NCBI GenBank assembly: GCA_002104945.1 | Contig: MCFH01000025.1 | Location: 682,001-746,000, forward strand | Reading direction: 5' to 3' | From: Piromyces finnis finn | Lineage: Eukaryota > Fungi > Neocallimastigomycota | DNA length: 64,000 bases | Part shown: one piece after another, positions 50,020 to 60,965 of the stretch | Layout: the number at the start of each line of letters is the position of its first letter | How positions within the stretch are numbered: the first letter of the stretch is position 1 | Notes under the pieces: model-generated | What the model was told of the DNA's origin: nothing | What the model saw: only the letters and a program-made list of their open reading frames with translations | The model's database searches: none | Translations under genes and position numbers: made by a program

Positions 50020-50465
50020 GTACAACAAGCAAATTTATGAAAATAGATGAGTAATAGATAGAGATTATACAAAAAAAAAAAAAAATATAAATATATATAT
50101 ATATATATTTATAATAATAATAATAATAATAATAAATTATATATAACTATTAAATTATATTATTTTAATTATTTAATTTGAAGAATACACATATTTCCAC
50201 CAACCGCTTTGGGTAGATCGCGGCTGTTGAATGAAGAACTTCTTAGCTAAAGGCCTTCTACACCAAAGTCGATAATATAAGTAGTTCTAAGAATTAAATT
50301 TATTAAAATAAAATAGTTTATATAAATATATAAAATATACCATAAATTTATAATTAATACGCGTGTTAATAATAATAAAAATATAAAAATATATACAATT
50401 AGAAATCACGCGATATAATAAACAGACAAACAATAATAAGAGTAATATTAGTTCATCTTTGAGAA

Positions 50466-51500
50466 ATGGATTTAACTACTATACGTAAAGAGGTTCCCAA
50501 ACTTGATAACTATGGGAAGAATGTATGGGAATGGGTAGTGGATATGAACGACTTTTTGGATCTCTATGATTTAATTGAGCCTAGACAAGTGTATAATTGG
50601 GCTATGGCCGCAGTAGAGTCTGATACCAAAGAAGTTGTAAGAAGGTTAAAAATAAGAAGAAATAATGAAGTCCATTACCCATCACTTAAAGAAATACAAA
50701 TAGCCATCGAAGAAGATATGAAGATTACTGAGGGAGATAAATGGACCCTACTTAGAAACATGAATATTGCGGAAGGAGAAACTATAAAAAAGTTTAATTA
50801 TAGATATCGAAACTTGTATCATAATCTAAGTAGGGAATATCAGAAATTAATAACAGTGAAGGAATATAGAGACTCTATTAGTGCTCGTGTCTATCCGTGC
50901 TCCCAGGTAGGAATGTCTGATTGTGAGAACCTACAAGAAGCTTACAAAATTGCTGAACGAGCTGAAAATACTGAGAGAGAAATTAAAGAGAAAAACAATG
51001 AACAAGTTAACCAAAGGAGAGGAACAAGGAATGTTACTTTAGCTGCCCAAAGTGATAATGTTCTATTAAATCATCCGATTTATACTGGACTTATGAATGA
51101 TAATAAAGAGGATTCGCATAATTCATATTACGACAGGAAGAATATTAACCAGAACTTTAGATATCCATATTTCAATAGAACTAGGACTAGCTACCGCAGA
51201 GTTTATGGAGGACAGTCTAATTGGAGCAACACCAATGGTTATGTAAATCAACAGAATGATAATAATAGTAGAATGGGTTTAATCCCTTATCAAGGCATGA
51301 ATAAATCTTATTCTACAACAAGAAATGCGGAAAAAAGGGTATCCCTGATAGAACCAACCAATGCTATTCCAAGGGAGATTGATGAAAGAAATTCCGATAT
51401 AAAATGTTTCAGATGTGGACAAAATGGACACAAACGTATAGAATGTCCATATACTTTTAAACAACTTGCCGAAATGGAAGAAAAGGGGCTTTTAAACTAA
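50466..51500 (+). CDS. Gag of element D with CCHC zinc knuckle
   Basis: 344 aa ORF containing CFRCGQNGHKRIEC near the C-terminus. Confidence 0.93.
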   Translation: MDLTTIRKEVPKLDNYGKNVWEWVVDMNDFLDLYDLIEPRQVYNWAMAAVESDTKEVVRRLKIRRNNEVHYPSLKEIQIAIEEDMKITEGDKWTLLRNMNIAEGETIKKFNYRYRNLYHNLSREYQKLITVKEYRDSISARVYPCSQVGMSDCENLQEAYKIAERAENTEREIKEKNNEQVNQRRGTRNVTLAAQSDNVLLNHPIYTGLMNDNKEDSHNSYYDRKNINQNFRYPYFNRTRTSYRRVYGGQSNWSNTNGYVNQQNDNNSRMGLIPYQGMNKSYSTTRNAEKRVSLIEPTNAIPREIDERNSDIKCFRCGQNGHKRIECPYTFKQLAEMEEKGLLN

Positions 51501-51525
51501 ACTCTGGGAGAAGGACAACTCCCAG
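51491..51525 (+). promoter_or_regulatory. -1 programmed ribosomal frameshift signal
   Basis: U_UUA_AAC in the gag frame just before the UAA, then a 6-nt spacer and the stem-loop CUGGGAG-aaggacaa-CUCCCAG (51504-51525). Confidence 0.88.
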
Positions 51526-54500
51526 TAAACAAACCAATCTATCGGTGGTACAACCAACGGTAGATAAAACCATAATTAATACTAATACCTCAAATAATAA
51601 TTACCGAGAGCCTTCGTCTATAACCTTGGTTGCAACGAAGAAATCAAAAGACACAAATAGCAAAGCTAAAAATGCGCACAAGGAAACAACCAGCCAAATA
51701 AAGAGAATGCATGAGAATAAACTACAGCGAAATCCTATGCCTATTAAAACTGCTGCTATGAAGTATAATGAGCAATTAGATAAGAGAAGGAATTATATAA
51801 ATAATAATGATAAGGAGATGAACTTGGACACTTCTGAAATTATAACAATAGATTCTGATGGAAAATCAACCAAAGATGAAAATAAGTTAATAGAAACCAT
51901 AGGAAAAGAAGAAATGGAAGAGGAGTTGGATGATATAAATGAAGAATTGGGCAAGAATGATAAGAGCAAAGCAACAACTCCTAAGGAAAATAGAAAATTA
52001 AACAAAGTAGAGAAGTTAGAACACTTGGATGTATCCTATCTAAATGATAAAAGAATAGAGAATGTAAAGAAGAAAAATCGGGAAGAAAGAAATGCTGAAA
52101 TGAAGAAACAAGAAAGGAAGGAAATAGATAAAATAAACCCTAACCCACCGCAAGAACAAATTTTAAATATTGAAAAACACATACGTCTAATGGATGGTTT
52201 TGAAGAGTTCAAGGTAGATGATTTAGTTAAAGAAGTAGCTTCAACAGAAGTGGTAACAAAACTTGTGAATTTATTAGACCTGTTCCCAAAATTCCGCACA
52301 GCATTTGCCCAGAAGTTGAAATTAACACCAAAATTCAAAAATGCAGTAACAAATGCTGTCACCTTGCTTGGAGAACATAAAGTTGTCAAAGTCCGCGGGA
52401 AGGTAGAAGATGTGGAGGCTGAAATATTCTTAGATTCATGTGCCAGCGTTAATATGATAACAAAGTCAGCACTCCGCAAATTTAGGATTCACAAGCAGCC
52501 AGTAGGAAATATTACAGAGACAATATTTCAGGCATATTCCAATACTTCATCGAATACGGATATATATAAACTAAAAATCACAATTGGCGAGAAGACTTTC
52601 ACAGAGATATTTAGGGTTATCGAAAAAGATGATATCTTTGATATATTAATTGGAATCGATTCCCTTAAAAGGAATAGGTTTAGTTTAAATTTTGTGGATG
52701 ATAATTTATATTACATTGATAAAAACAATTCTCCCATGAAAATTGCAGACCTCCATTATGATGTAAATCTCCAGGAATCTAAAGGGGAGGATTCAGAGGA
52801 GGAAACTATAGAAGAAACACCAATGTTAATAACAGTAGCGATGTCTACCCAGAATGAAGGAAAAGAAGGAACGTTAGAAACAAAAGAAAATATTATTAAT
52901 AATATTGTGAATAAAATTCCGAAAGATATTAGAGATGTAGTAAGAAAGCTATTTGATAAATTTAATCATGTTATCGCTGTTAAAACTGACGATCTGAGTA
53001 GAACAAAATTACTACCTCATCGTATCAGGTTGAAGCCAAACTCGCTTCCTTTTAAACAACGAGCATATAGGCTATCAAAAGTGCAAGCAGATGCATTGAA
53101 AGAGGAGTTAACCAAGCTGATTAAGAATAAATTAATTGAACCATCCCATTCATCGTGGTCGTCGCCTGTAGTCTTAGTGCCTAAGAAAAATGGAAAATAC
53201 CGAATGTGTGTGGATTATCGACGCTTAAATGAATGTACAATAAAGGATTCCTACGCTCTACCACTAATTGATGACATACTGTGCTACGTAGGTAAGAAAG
53301 CTGTTTTGACTACTATGGATTTGTTTTCGGGTTACCACCAAGTTCCGATGTATCCTGAGGATGAAGATCTTACATATTTTACCACTATATATGGAAACTA
53401 TAATTTCAAGGTAATGCCTTTCGGGTTATGTAATGCCCCAGCTACCTTCCAGAGAGAAATGAACAGGATTTTCTTCGACCTTATTGGGAAGTGTGTCTTT
53501 ATTTATATTGATGATTTGATAGTCTTTTCCAATACAATGGAAGAACATATTAGAGATTTATCAAAGGTTTTTAAAATACTCAGGGAAAATGGTTTAAGAA
53601 TCAACATTGAGAAGTGTCACTTCTTTCAAGAAGAAGTAGAATTGCTAGGCCATGTATTATCTAAAGAAGGAATTAAACCAATTCCGGGGAAAACGCAGGT
53701 AATCATGAACTGGCTACCACCGAAAAATGTTTCTCAATTGCGTTCGTTTTTAGGGGCTGTAAGTTACTACCGAAAATTTATTGATAAATTTGCACAATAT
53801 GCTAAACCATTATTTAAGTTATTAAAGAAAGACGAAGAGTTCAAATGGAGTCCAGAGGCGAATAATTCATTTGAAATCTTAAAATTAAGACTAATAGAAG
53901 CTCCGATATTAATGCCACCGGATTTTGATAAACCATTCAAGATTAGAACAGATGCATCACGTAATGGGATAGGTGGAGTGATTTTACAAATAGATGAAGA
54001 TGGAATGGAGAAACCACTACACTTTGTAAGTAGGACACTGAATAAATCAGAAGAAAACTATAGTGTAACAGATTTAGAAGGGACAGCTGCATATTATTGT
54101 TCTAGGAAATTCAAGCATTATATAGTAGGAAATACGTTGGAAACTGAATTAATCACCGACCATAAACCGCTAGTTGGATTGATTAATAATAGCGAACCAA
54201 CCAATAATCGACATCTTAAATGGGTCACTACGTTTAGTATATTAAAAATCAAAGTGTTGTACGAAGAAGGAAAGAAGAATGTAATAGCTGACGCTCTATC
54301 AAGATTGACCAGTAAGGAAGAAAGTCAGTTAGCACCAAGACCAAGTCATAACAAACAAACAATCAACGTGATCGTGGAGAACAATAGTAATACTACTAAT
54401 AATAAAATAAGTGAGAATAATAATCAATATAAAAATATAAATGATTTTATTAATAGGAAACTTATAACTATGGATGGAATACAATACTACAAGAGTAATG

Positions 54501-55570
54501 GGAAACTAAGAAGAATTATAGATGATGACGAAGAAAAATTCAGACTAATTGAAGCCGCTCATTCTATCGGACATGAAGGTATATACAAGACCTATCATAG
54601 GCTAAAGAAGGAATTTTATTGGAAGGGCATGAATAACGATATAAAAATTTATATTAAGTGTTGTCCAAGATGCCAACAATTCAAGCCACAGAAATCTAAC
54701 CTTTTTGTTGAAAGCATACCTACAAAGCCAGGCTTACCATTTTCAAGAGTAGGTCTTGATCTGGTAGGTCCGTTGTCAATAACAAATAAAGGCAATAAAT
54801 ACATCATTGTCCTAGTGGACTATTTAACTAAATGGGTGGAGGCTGAGGCTTTGGAGAATATAGAATCCGATGATGTCATTGACTTTTTGAAGAGGGTATT
54901 TTCTCGCCATGGTATTCCAGAGGTTCTAGTAACAGACAATGGGCCTCAATTTAGATCTGATAAGACGAAGGCATTCCTGGATTTACATGACGTGTACGTC
55001 CAATACGTATCGACATACCACCCTGCATCTAATGGAGAAGTGGAAAACCGGAATAAGGAGATAATCAAATATCTGAAACTATTAGGTAATGAAGAAGATG
55101 AATGGGATGAAATACTGCCTAGTGCATTATGGGCTCTTAGAACTTGTAAAAACGAAATTACAAAGTTCAGCAGCTTTGAACTACTATATGGACGCAAAGA
55201 TCTACAACCCTTCGAACTATCTTTGATGAAAGACAGGAATAAGTATGAGAACGAAGAGGAATATTGGATACAGAAGTTCGTGAGACATCATAAGTGGATA
55301 CAAGAAGCCATCGATAATATTGAAACAGCCAATAAATTATGGAGTGACCGGAGACGACAGAGTAAACGAATGAGAGCCGCATATAAACCTGGAGATTTAG
55401 TATTAGTTAAAGTATTCAATAGAAGGAAACTGGACCCTTATTTTACTGGACCCTTAAAAATCATAAAGAAAGAATTTAATACAGTTACAGTTTGTGATCC
55501 TATTTCAGGGGAAATTGCAGAACGGAATATTCACTTAAAGAATATAATTCCATATTTTTCTGAATTGTAA
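51491..55570 (+). CDS. Pol of element D (protease, RT, RNase H, integrase), reached by -1 frameshift
   Basis: The frame is open from the TTTAAAC slip site (51491); the track's GTG start at 51545 is 18 codons downstream. Protease FLDSCAS, RT YIDD, RNase H TDASRNGIG, integrase DNGPQF, FTGPLKI. Confidence 0.95.
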   Translation, partial: FKLNSGRRTTPSKQTNLSVVQPTVDKTIINTNTSNNNYREPSSITLVATKKSKDTNSKAKNAHKETTSQIKRMHENKLQRNPMPIKTAAMKYNEQLDKRRNYINNNDKEMNLDTSEIITIDSDGKSTKDENKLIETIGKEEMEEELDDINEELGKNDKSKATTPKENRKLNKVEKLEHLDVSYLNDKRIENVKKKNREERNAEMKKQERKEIDKINPNPPQEQILNIEKHIRLMDGFEEFKVDDLVKEVASTEVVTKLVNLLDLFPKFRTAFAQKLKLTPKFKNAVTNAVTLLGEHKVVKVRGKVEDVEAEIFLDSCASVNMITKSALRKFRIHKQPVGNITETIFQAYSNTSSNTDIYKLKITIGEKTFTEIFRVIEKDDIFDILIGIDSLKRNRFSLNFVDDNLYYIDKNNSPMKIADLHYDVNLQESKGEDSEEETIEETPMLITVAMSTQNEGKEGTLETKENIINNIVNKIPKDIRDVVRKLFDKFNHVIAVKTDDLSRTKLLPHRIRLKPNSLPFKQRAYRLSKVQADALKEELTKLIKNKLIEPSHSSWSSPVVLVPKKNGKYRMCVDYRRLNECTIKDSYALPLIDDILCYVGKKAVLTTMDLFSGYHQVPMYPEDEDLTYFTTIYGNYNFKVMPFGLCNAPATFQREMNRIFFDLIGKCVFIYIDDLIVFSNTMEEHIRDLSKVFKILRENGLRINIEKCHFFQEEVELLGHVLSKEGIKPIPGKTQVIMNWLPPKNVSQLRSFLGAVSYYRKFIDKFAQYAKPLFKLLKKDEEFKWSPEANNSFEILKLRLIEAPILMPPDFDKPFKIRTDASRNGIGGVILQIDEDGMEKPLHFVSRTLNKSEENYSVTDLEGTAAYYCSRKFKHYIVGNTLETELITDHKPLVGLINNSEPTNNRHLKWVTTFSILKIKVLYEEGKKNVIADALSRLTSKEESQLAPRPSHNKQTINVIVENNSNTTNNKISENNNQYKNINDFINRKLITMDGIQYYKSNGKLRRIIDDDEEKFRLIEAAHSIGHEGIYKTYHRLKKEFYWKGMNNDIKIYIKCCPRCQQFKPQKSNLFVESIPTKPGLPFSRVGLDLVGPLSITNKGNKYIIVLVDYLTKWVEAEALENIESDDVIDFLKRVFSRHGIPEVLVTDNGPQFRSDKTKAFLDLHDVYVQYVSTYHPASNGEVENRNKEIIKYLKLLGNEEDEWDEILPSALWALRTCKNEITKFSSFELLYGRKDLQPFELSLMKDRNKYENEEEYWIQKFVRHHKWIQEAIDNIETANKLWSDRRRQSKRMRAAYKPGDLVLVKVFNRRKLDPYFTGPLKIIKKEFNTVTVCDPISGEIAERNIHLKNIIPYFSEL

Positions 55571-56265
55571 TAAAAAAAAGAAATATTTAAAATTGGACTT
55601 CAAGGGACGAAGTCCAAACTAAGGCGGGATGTCTTGGTACACCACATTCAGAAAAATGCAATAAATCCATATATTTGGTGAATGAAATAACCCTTATAAT
55701 ATATATGGATTTAAATATTTTTATTTAATAAATTTATATAACGATAGTAATAATAAGAATGGTAAATTAAATTAAATTAATAACTTATAAATAATTTATT
55801 AAAGTAAAATAAACTTTTTATAATTTAATATAAGGATGATAAAAATATAATTATATAAGGAAGAGAAAGACGCGTATATATATAAAAAAGAAAAGAAGAG
55901 TTTTTAGTTTTTAGTTAGTTTTAGTTAGTTTATATTAGTTATATTATAAATAAAATAAAGATAAGGTGATAATAATAGAAGAATAAATAATATTATTGTT
56001 AGATTTAGTGAAGGAATTAATAATAATATTAGTTTATTTTCTAAGATTATACCTATTTTTAAAACAAATAATAATATAAAATAATAATAAATAATACTTA
56101 TAAATAATAAAGCTTGTAATAAAAATAATAAAATAATAAACAAAATAATAAAATAATATATAATAAAAAAATATTCATCTAGAATATAAATTTGTTATTT
56201 ATAACTGTTGTAGTGTCCCAAACAATAAAGAAAAAGGTACTTATAATAAAATTCTGTACCATTTT

Positions 56266-56700
56266 TGATACAAGATGCATAGAAAAATATAATATTTTAA
56301 ATATTTTATGAATAATATCTAATCCTTTTATAAATTGTATATCAATTACTAATGATAATAATAATTAAACTATATTAGTATAAATTATTATGACGCAAAT
56401 GTTACACATACATTAGAATAATTAGTTACACAAGAAAGGAAAAGATATAAAAGAGAGTGTTAAAGCAGAAGATATCAAGAGAGAGAACTTTTCATTTATA
56501 AATAATTTTTGATATTTTAGTTTTAAGTATTAGTTTTATTTTATTTTATTTTTATATTAATAGTTTTAGTTTAAGTTAGTTTTAGGTTAATAATTACGTA
56601 TTTAGTATTTATTATATTTCCTTCAGTTTAAATATTAGTTATAAAAGAAAAGAATATTTATTGTTTATTTTTACTATTTCAGAAAAGTTATATTTTATCA
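56266..56700. mobile_element. Probable solo LTR E (TGATAC...TTTATCA family, like the TRIM LTR termini)
   Basis: Begins TGATACAAG 4 nt after element D and has TTTTATCA at 56700. The TRIM LTRs have TGATACGAAG...TTTATCA. No matching TSD found, so the right boundary is uncertain. Confidence 0.5.
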
Positions 56701-56915
56701 TTAATAATACTTTCATCAACATATTTTTATATTTACACATTATATTTAACTATTTATATTTATTCAATAATAACTTTCGATCCTATTAGTATTGAATGTT
56801 ATTAATGTTATAATCATAATAATAATAATAATTAAATAAAGAATCTTTAAACCAAAATCTATTTAATTATATTATTATAAAATTTATTATTTTTTATTAT
56901 TTATTTTTATTATTA

Positions 56916-56969
<54 letters not shown>

Positions 56970-57020
56970 CTAGGAAGAGAATACACATCTTTTATTTATT
57001 TACTTACTTAATTAGTGATA

Positions 57021-60000
57021 TTACATAATATTAGGTGATAATACATATTGATAATGATATAATAAATAATAAATAAAAATAAAAAAATATATATAAATAA
57101 AAATATAAAAATAAAAAAATATAAAATAATTATTTAAGTTGCATAAAAGTTCAATGAACTCTGCAATTTGTACTGTGTGGGATTGGTCCCTACCTAATAA
57201 ATTAAATGAAATAAAAAAAAGAAGTAACATCAGGTATGATAGTGTGGTGTCCACTAAACTCTCCCATGAGTTCATAATGTTTTCATTCGAATTTGAGGAA
57301 ATACTAACATTGAACCCTGTGTACGGAACATTGGAAATGTTCCTTTGCCATATCGGTACGACGTCGGCGCTCTTGATTACGTTAGGTGTCTTACTAAACC
57401 TATCAAAAAGTAGCTTCATAGAGCTACTAATGATAGGGATTGTTTTAGTAAGAAAAGCCGCGAGACCCTCTACATATGGAACATGAGACCCCGATGAACT
57501 GTAAAGCTGTTCATTCAAATGTCTTTGTTCCGCCTTATCGATATGTAGCTCATCATAAGCTAAAGTTCCACCAAGAAGGAACGTAAAAATATAGTTATAA
57601 ATTATTTTTCTTACTTCCGTTTCGGGGAGTAAGTATGTGATGAATTGGTTCTTATATTTATTGTAAAAAAGGGTAAAAAGATCGTCAAGAAAGCTAAGTG
57701 AAGAAGCTCTGTATTCAGAGAATGCAGAACATTCTAATATCCAATGGTAAAAAGATTGTTCGTCATATCCGCAACATGGACAGACACGAGGGCAGTCAGG
57801 AGTAACTCTATTACTGGCAATAGCAATTCGGGTAGTATTTTCATAACCGCATCGAATACGAATAATCCAGGTAATTCCTAAATTTAAGTGAGGTTTGTTG
57901 AGACCGATATGCATTAGGCGATTTGAATTAAGGAATTTGTTGTTAGTATATCTGAGGGCTTTACTTCCATTATTTAGGCTACTATTATTCCAATAATATT
58001 CTCTAATATCTTTAGTACTTTTAATATTTATTTTCATAAGCTTCTTATGTAGTGAACAAGATTCTTTGGCCCAAGAGTAATGAGACATGGGAGGAATAGA
58101 TCGGACGAGATCTTTAATTATACAATTTGATTTTCTCCATTTAACAAAGCATTTCACTTGTTGCGCAGCACAAATACCTGAAAGGGTAGGAATCTTCATA
58201 TCTCTTGTAAGAGCATACAGACTAATAAATGAATTTCGTTCAAAAACAAAATCTTTGTTATTAAAACTTTTATTGTGAAAGCTATTGACACTCCATAAAA
58301 CAGCAGTATTGATAAGAGATTGGACTCTTCTAGTTCTATTTTTGTTGGAACCAAGCAAAGGAGCATAATAAGAGACTTTGCTTAAAATATAAGAATGAAT
58401 TACTATGTTTTTTAAGCCAATAGGAACACAATTGTTGGTGAGGAAGTTCTTAAAAGAGAATAAAGAATTCTGAACTTTTTTGTACATATTAGACAGAATA
58501 GGAGTCAAAGAAAGATCTTCGTCGAATGGGATTCCAAGATAAGTATAGCAAGAAACCTTTGGAATCGAGTACATACCGATGTAAAATGTTGGGTCGACAT
58601 AACTAGGGGATCTATTAAAGTTGATAGGTTTAACAACAATAGTTGCACATTTATTTATTCCAAAAGACATTTCATTTAAATTAGCCCAATCAAGGACTAG
58701 ATTGAGCATCTTTTGAAGGTTCTTCTTACTAGGAGCAATCAAAACAATGTCATCAGCGAAAAGGCCACCACAACAACGTTTATTACCTAAGCTAACTCCA
58801 AGCCTTTCACATTTATTTAAAATATCATTGATAAAGAGGTTAAACAGTATAGGAGAAAGAGGACATCCTTGTCTTACACCACGGTTTATAGGGAATTCAT
58901 TGGAAAGCATATCCAAGAAACGTGCACGAGCTTTAGAGGTAGAGTAGAGATTATTGAGAAAATCAAAACATTTACCACGTATACCTAATTTATATAACTT
59001 TGTAAGGATATTAAAAATAGGAACTGAGTCGTATGCTTTTTTAAGGTCTAGAAAGGCGACATAAGTGGCTTTTCCTTTAAATTTCCTTCTTTGACAGATT
59101 TCTCTAATGGAAATAAATAAGCTAATACATTCTTCTTTATTGCGAAAACCAAATTGCTCAGGTCTTATAAAATTATGAGAAAGAGCATACTTTGAAATTC
59201 TATTAGTTACAATTTTTGAAATAATTTTAAGACCTACATTGATGAGAGAAATACCACGATAATTATTACAGTCTGAGAGATCGCCTTTCTTTGGAATAGA
59301 AACAATGGAAGCAGAGTTCCATTTCAAAGGAAAGGAACCATTCCAGATTTTATTAAAAATTAATTTAAGACAATTTCCAGCAGACTTATGTTCTTTCTCC
59401 AGTTCTTCGTTACAAAAGAAAGCTTTGAAAAATTCAATTGGGATACCATCGGGACCTGGAGCCTTGTTATTCTTCATTGACAGAACAACATTTCTAATTT
59501 CCTCAATAGAAATGGGACCATTTATATCCCATGCTATTTGGTTGATATGGTTGAATTGGAAGGCTCTTTCCCAGTAACCACGATTTAAGCTGTGATTTGT
59601 AACATCAGATGCAAGATTTTCATAATGTTCAGCCCAACGTTTTAATTGTTCTTGAGGAGTAAATAAATCCTTGCCATTCTTGTCCTTAATAGTTGAAACA
59701 TGGGAGGACGAATAACTTGGTTTGGCAAGTTTTTTAAGGCCTTTCCAACCTTGTCTAAAGCTTTTATCAATAAAATGTTTACCGATAGAAACAATATTAG
59801 CTTTATAGAGATTGGATCTGAATTTGCTCTTAACCTTTTTGATGGTATTACATAGATTTTGGTATATGGAGAACTGGTTAAGATAATTTTCCATGTCAGC
59901 GCAATCTGAAAGGGGCTTAATATTTTTGTAAGCCAGGTGTTTTTCATGTGATAAGTTTTTGATGTATTGAGGGCAATGGAATGCTGGACCTTTTAAATCT

Positions 60001-60965
60001 GCGGGCACAATGGCTTTTATTTCTTTACCTATAGTTTTGGAAGTATCTAAAAATCTTGAAACCATATCGTCAGCCGAAAGGCTATCACAATTAGCTTCAA
60101 GCTCGGAAGCTAGAACAGCAAAGCGATTACTAGTAAGAATGTCAGAACACTTTGTGTTACAGATATGACTTGACCACTTAAAGGTCTTCTTAGGCTTTTT
60201 GAAACCATCCGAAGAGTCTTTTTTACAAGACACAAGGATCGGTTTGTGATCAGAAACATCGTGGAAAACTTCACAAACTGAAGATTTGTTTATGTGTTCT
60301 GTCATAGCTTTGTTGTATATAATATGATCAATGCATGAAGATTTAGATCCTTTTTCCCAGGTAAAATTATTACCAGTTAACTCAGCCATAGTCCAATCCG
60401 GGAAGTGTTGTGATATATAAGATTTGATTTTAATAGCTGACATATTAAAGTCTCCTACAAGGATAGCTGGGTGGTTGAATTTGTTATGCGTTGTTAACCA
60501 CTTATCAAGTTCATCAAAGGCAATTAATCTAGCATCCGGCCATCTAGTTTGCGGGAAGTAAATATTACCAATGGTACATCTCTGGTTCCAAAATGACAAT
60601 ATTGTAACTGAAATGATGTACTTATATAGAAGAGGTTCAGGAGTAAAGGAACAAGAATTATGAACATCAATGTAAAGTCCTCTCATACCTGGAACTTTAG
60701 GATTAGCACGTCTGTGTACTGGTTTATAGTTCGGTAGGCATGGGGAGGAAATTGCATTACCACAGAGGAATTGGCTGTTACCTACTTCTTGAAGACAGAC
60801 ACATACAGGTTTGAAAACAGAGATGAAGTATAAAACACCGTCCTTTTTCTCCGGGTTCCAACCATTGATGTTCCAACAAGTACATAAGTTGAAAAAGGAA
60901 GCATTAGAGCTTAGATGACTAAAATAGAAATCGTCAGAGAGTGGACCAGTAGTAGATTTGATAGA
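57021..60965 (-). CDS. LINE ORF2: apurinic-like endonuclease, reverse transcriptase, C-terminal CCHC finger
   Basis: Open frame from 60965. The 93 codons upstream of the first ATG (60686) encode CWNINGW and CLQE (APE motifs). Also GDFN, IDHI, SDH; RT KAPGPDG, QFGFR, GVRQGCPLSP, LFADD, YLG; CPCC...HWILEC. Confidence 0.93.
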   Translation of the reverse strand, partial: SIKSTTGPLSDDFYFSHLSSNASFFNLCTCWNINGWNPEKKDGVLYFISVFKPVCVCLQEVGNSQFLCGNAISSPCLPNYKPVHRRANPKVPGMRGLYIDVHNSCSFTPEPLLYKYIISVTILSFWNQRCTIGNIYFPQTRWPDARLIAFDELDKWLTTHNKFNHPAILVGDFNMSAIKIKSYISQHFPDWTMAELTGNNFTWEKGSKSSCIDHIIYNKAMTEHINKSSVCEVFHDVSDHKPILVSCKKDSSDGFKKPKKTFKWSSHICNTKCSDILTSNRFAVLASELEANCDSLSADDMVSRFLDTSKTIGKEIKAIVPADLKGPAFHCPQYIKNLSHEKHLAYKNIKPLSDCADMENYLNQFSIYQNLCNTIKKVKSKFRSNLYKANIVSIGKHFIDKSFRQGWKGLKKLAKPSYSSSHVSTIKDKNGKDLFTPQEQLKRWAEHYENLASDVTNHSLNRGYWERAFQFNHINQIAWDINGPISIEEIRNVVLSMKNNKAPGPDGIPIEFFKAFFCNEELEKEHKSAGNCLKLIFNKIWNGSFPLKWNSASIVSIPKKGDLSDCNNYRGISLINVGLKIISKIVTNRISKYALSHNFIRPEQFGFRNKEECISLFISIREICQRRKFKGKATYVAFLDLKKAYDSVPIFNILTKLYKLGIRGKCFDFLNNLYSTSKARARFLDMLSNEFPINRGVRQGCPLSPILFNLFINDILNKCERLGVSLGNKRCCGGLFADDIVLIAPSKKNLQKMLNLVLDWANLNEMSFGINKCATIVVKPINFNRSPSYVDPTFYIGMYSIPKVSCYTYLGIPFDEDLSLTPILSNMYKKVQNSLFSFKNFLTNNCVPIGLKNIVIHSYILSKVSYYAPLLGSNKNRTRRVQSLINTAVLWSVNSFHNKSFNNKDFVFERNSFISLYALTRDMKIPTLSGICAAQQVKCFVKWRKSNCIIKDLVRSIPPMSHYSWAKESCSLHKKLMKINIKSTKDIREYYWNNSSLNNGSKALRYTNNKFLNSNRLMHIGLNKPHLNLGITWIIRIRCGYENTTRIAIASNRVTPDCPRVCPCCGYDEQSFYHWILECSAFSEYRASSLSFLDDLFTLFYNKYKNQFITYLLPETEVRKIIYNYIFTFLLGGTLAYDELHIDKAEQRHLNEQLYSSSGSHVPYVEGLAAFLTKTIPIISSSMKLLFDRFSKTPNVIKSADVVPIWQRNISNVPYTGFNVSISSNSNENIMNSWESLVDTTLSYLMLLLFFISFNLLGRDQSHTVQIAEFIELLCNLNNYFIFFYFYIFIYIYFFIFIYYLLYHYQYVLSPNIM

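Larger units (their letters stand above)
49370..56261 (+). mobile_element. Ty3/gypsy LTR retrotransposon D (tRNA-Ala-primed, gag/pol frameshift), intact
   Basis: 627-bp LTRs TGGTAC...GTACCA at 49370-49996 and 55635-56261, with one substitution noticed (aagctttta vs aagcttgta). PBS at 50003, PPT near 55621-55630, probable 4-bp TSD TTTT. Confidence 0.96.

Noticed and set aside
37641-60000. Numerous short antisense or alternative-frame ORFs inside the gag-pol and LINE ORFs
   Set aside because: Shadow ORFs of long GC-richer coding regions; no motifs.
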